Source of the DNA: Deltaproteobacteria bacterium
GTDB lineage: Bacteria > Myxococcota > UBA727 > JABDBI01
Reading direction: 5' to 3'
DNA: 34,109 bases
Assembly (NCBI GenBank): GCA_016432245.1
Contig: CP066680.1
Coordinates: 1-34,109 of the forward strand
Shown: piece after piece, positions 33,874-34,109 of the stretch
Numbering within the stretch: position 1 is the first letter of the stretch
Layout: every line of letters begins with the position of its first letter
The notes under the pieces: model-generated
Told to the model about the DNA's origin: nothing
What the model saw: only the letters and a program-made list of their open reading frames with translations
The model's database searches: none
Made by a program: the position numbers and the translations under genes

Positions 33874-34109
33874 GTGATAACGAAGTCGGGGGCTAAAAAC
33901 TTTTTTGTAATAGGTACAGTTTTATGTGGGCTTTCATTTATTGGATTAGCGTTGCTTACGTTTAGAGCAATTCCGTCTAGGACAAATGTGGTTGATATGG
34001 ATGAGTCTGTTATTCGAGGGAAAAAAATTTGGGAAAGAAAAAATTGTATGGGATGCCATACGTTGTTGGGTGAAGGTGGGTATTACGCACCAGAGTTAAC
34101 CAAAGTAAC
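33874..34109 (+). CDS. norC: NorC-like membrane-anchored cytochrome c (small subunit of nitric-oxide reductase), 5' fragment running off the window
   Basis: This gene is not in the ORF track, because it has a GTG start and is truncated by the window end. An AGGAGG (33863-33868) lies 5 nt before the GTG at 33874. The translation is VITKSGAKNFFVIGTVLCGLSFIGLALLTF...GKKIWERKNCMGCHTLLGEGGYYAPELTKV. That gives one TM helix followed by CxxCH and the GEG.Y.APEL block that I recall from NorC-type subunits. Confidence 0.7.
   Translation, partial: MITKSGAKNFFVIGTVLCGLSFIGLALLTFRAIPSRTNVVDMDESVIRGKKIWERKNCMGCHTLLGEGGYYAPELTKV

Noticed and set aside
25864-34109. The nos/nor cluster as a recently acquired mobile genomic island
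   Set aside because: There is no integrase, transposase, flanking direct repeat or tRNA-adjacent boundary. The G>C skew of the cluster matches its replichore, so it appears ameliorated. Elevated GC is also seen in conserved housekeeping genes, for example 47% in the rho line 6901-6960. GC may therefore reflect constraint or expression rather than recent transfer. Ancient horizontal origin remains possible but cannot be judged from this window.

Overview
This is an AT-rich, very gene-dense bacterial chromosome segment using the standard genetic code. TGA acts as a stop codon, and I saw no transposase, integrase, phage gene or CRISPR array. The architecture looks like a strongly reduced, endosymbiont-type genome: overlapping stop and start codons, 1-16 nt gaps between genes and tRNAs, shortened or degenerate housekeeping proteins, and long poly-A/T runs inside genes.

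Gene order:
- Left part (1-10.9 kb): partial 16S rRNA (-), tRNA-Lys(CUU) (-), a stand-alone rplC (-), valS (+), tRNA-Asn (-), an orphan ORF (+), rho (-), pepA (-), tRNA-Cys (-), tRNA-Gly(GCC) (+), cysS (-), tRNA-Lys(UUU) (-).
- About 10.88-11.14 kb: a cluster of DnaA-box-like 9-mers and an AT-rich tract sit directly upstream of dnaN. The hand-sampled G/C skew changes sign here, so this is a putative oriC.
- Right part: dnaN (+), then a 13-kb block entirely on the minus strand: rsmA, secA, a degenerate priA, tRNA-Gly(CCC), dnaB, lepB, lepA, a pseudouridine synthase, rlmB and a RecB/UvrD-like helicase. rnhA (+) follows.
- From about 25.9 kb to the window end: a tightly coupled denitrification cluster with higher GC. 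It runs lipoprotein cytochrome c, clade-II-type nosZ, nosB-like membrane protein, nosL, nosD, nosF, nosY, an FGE/SUMF1-family protein, Sco/SenC, and the 5' end of a norC-like gene that is missing from the ORF track.

The most interesting signal is this complete N2O-reductase maturation module, joined to a NO-reductase gene, inside a genome that otherwise looks organelle-like. From memory, this resembles the denitrifying ciliate endosymbiont concept ('Candidatus Azoamicus'). I cannot verify identity or novelty without a database search.

All GC and skew statements come from hand counts on sampled 60-nt lines, not from a full computation.
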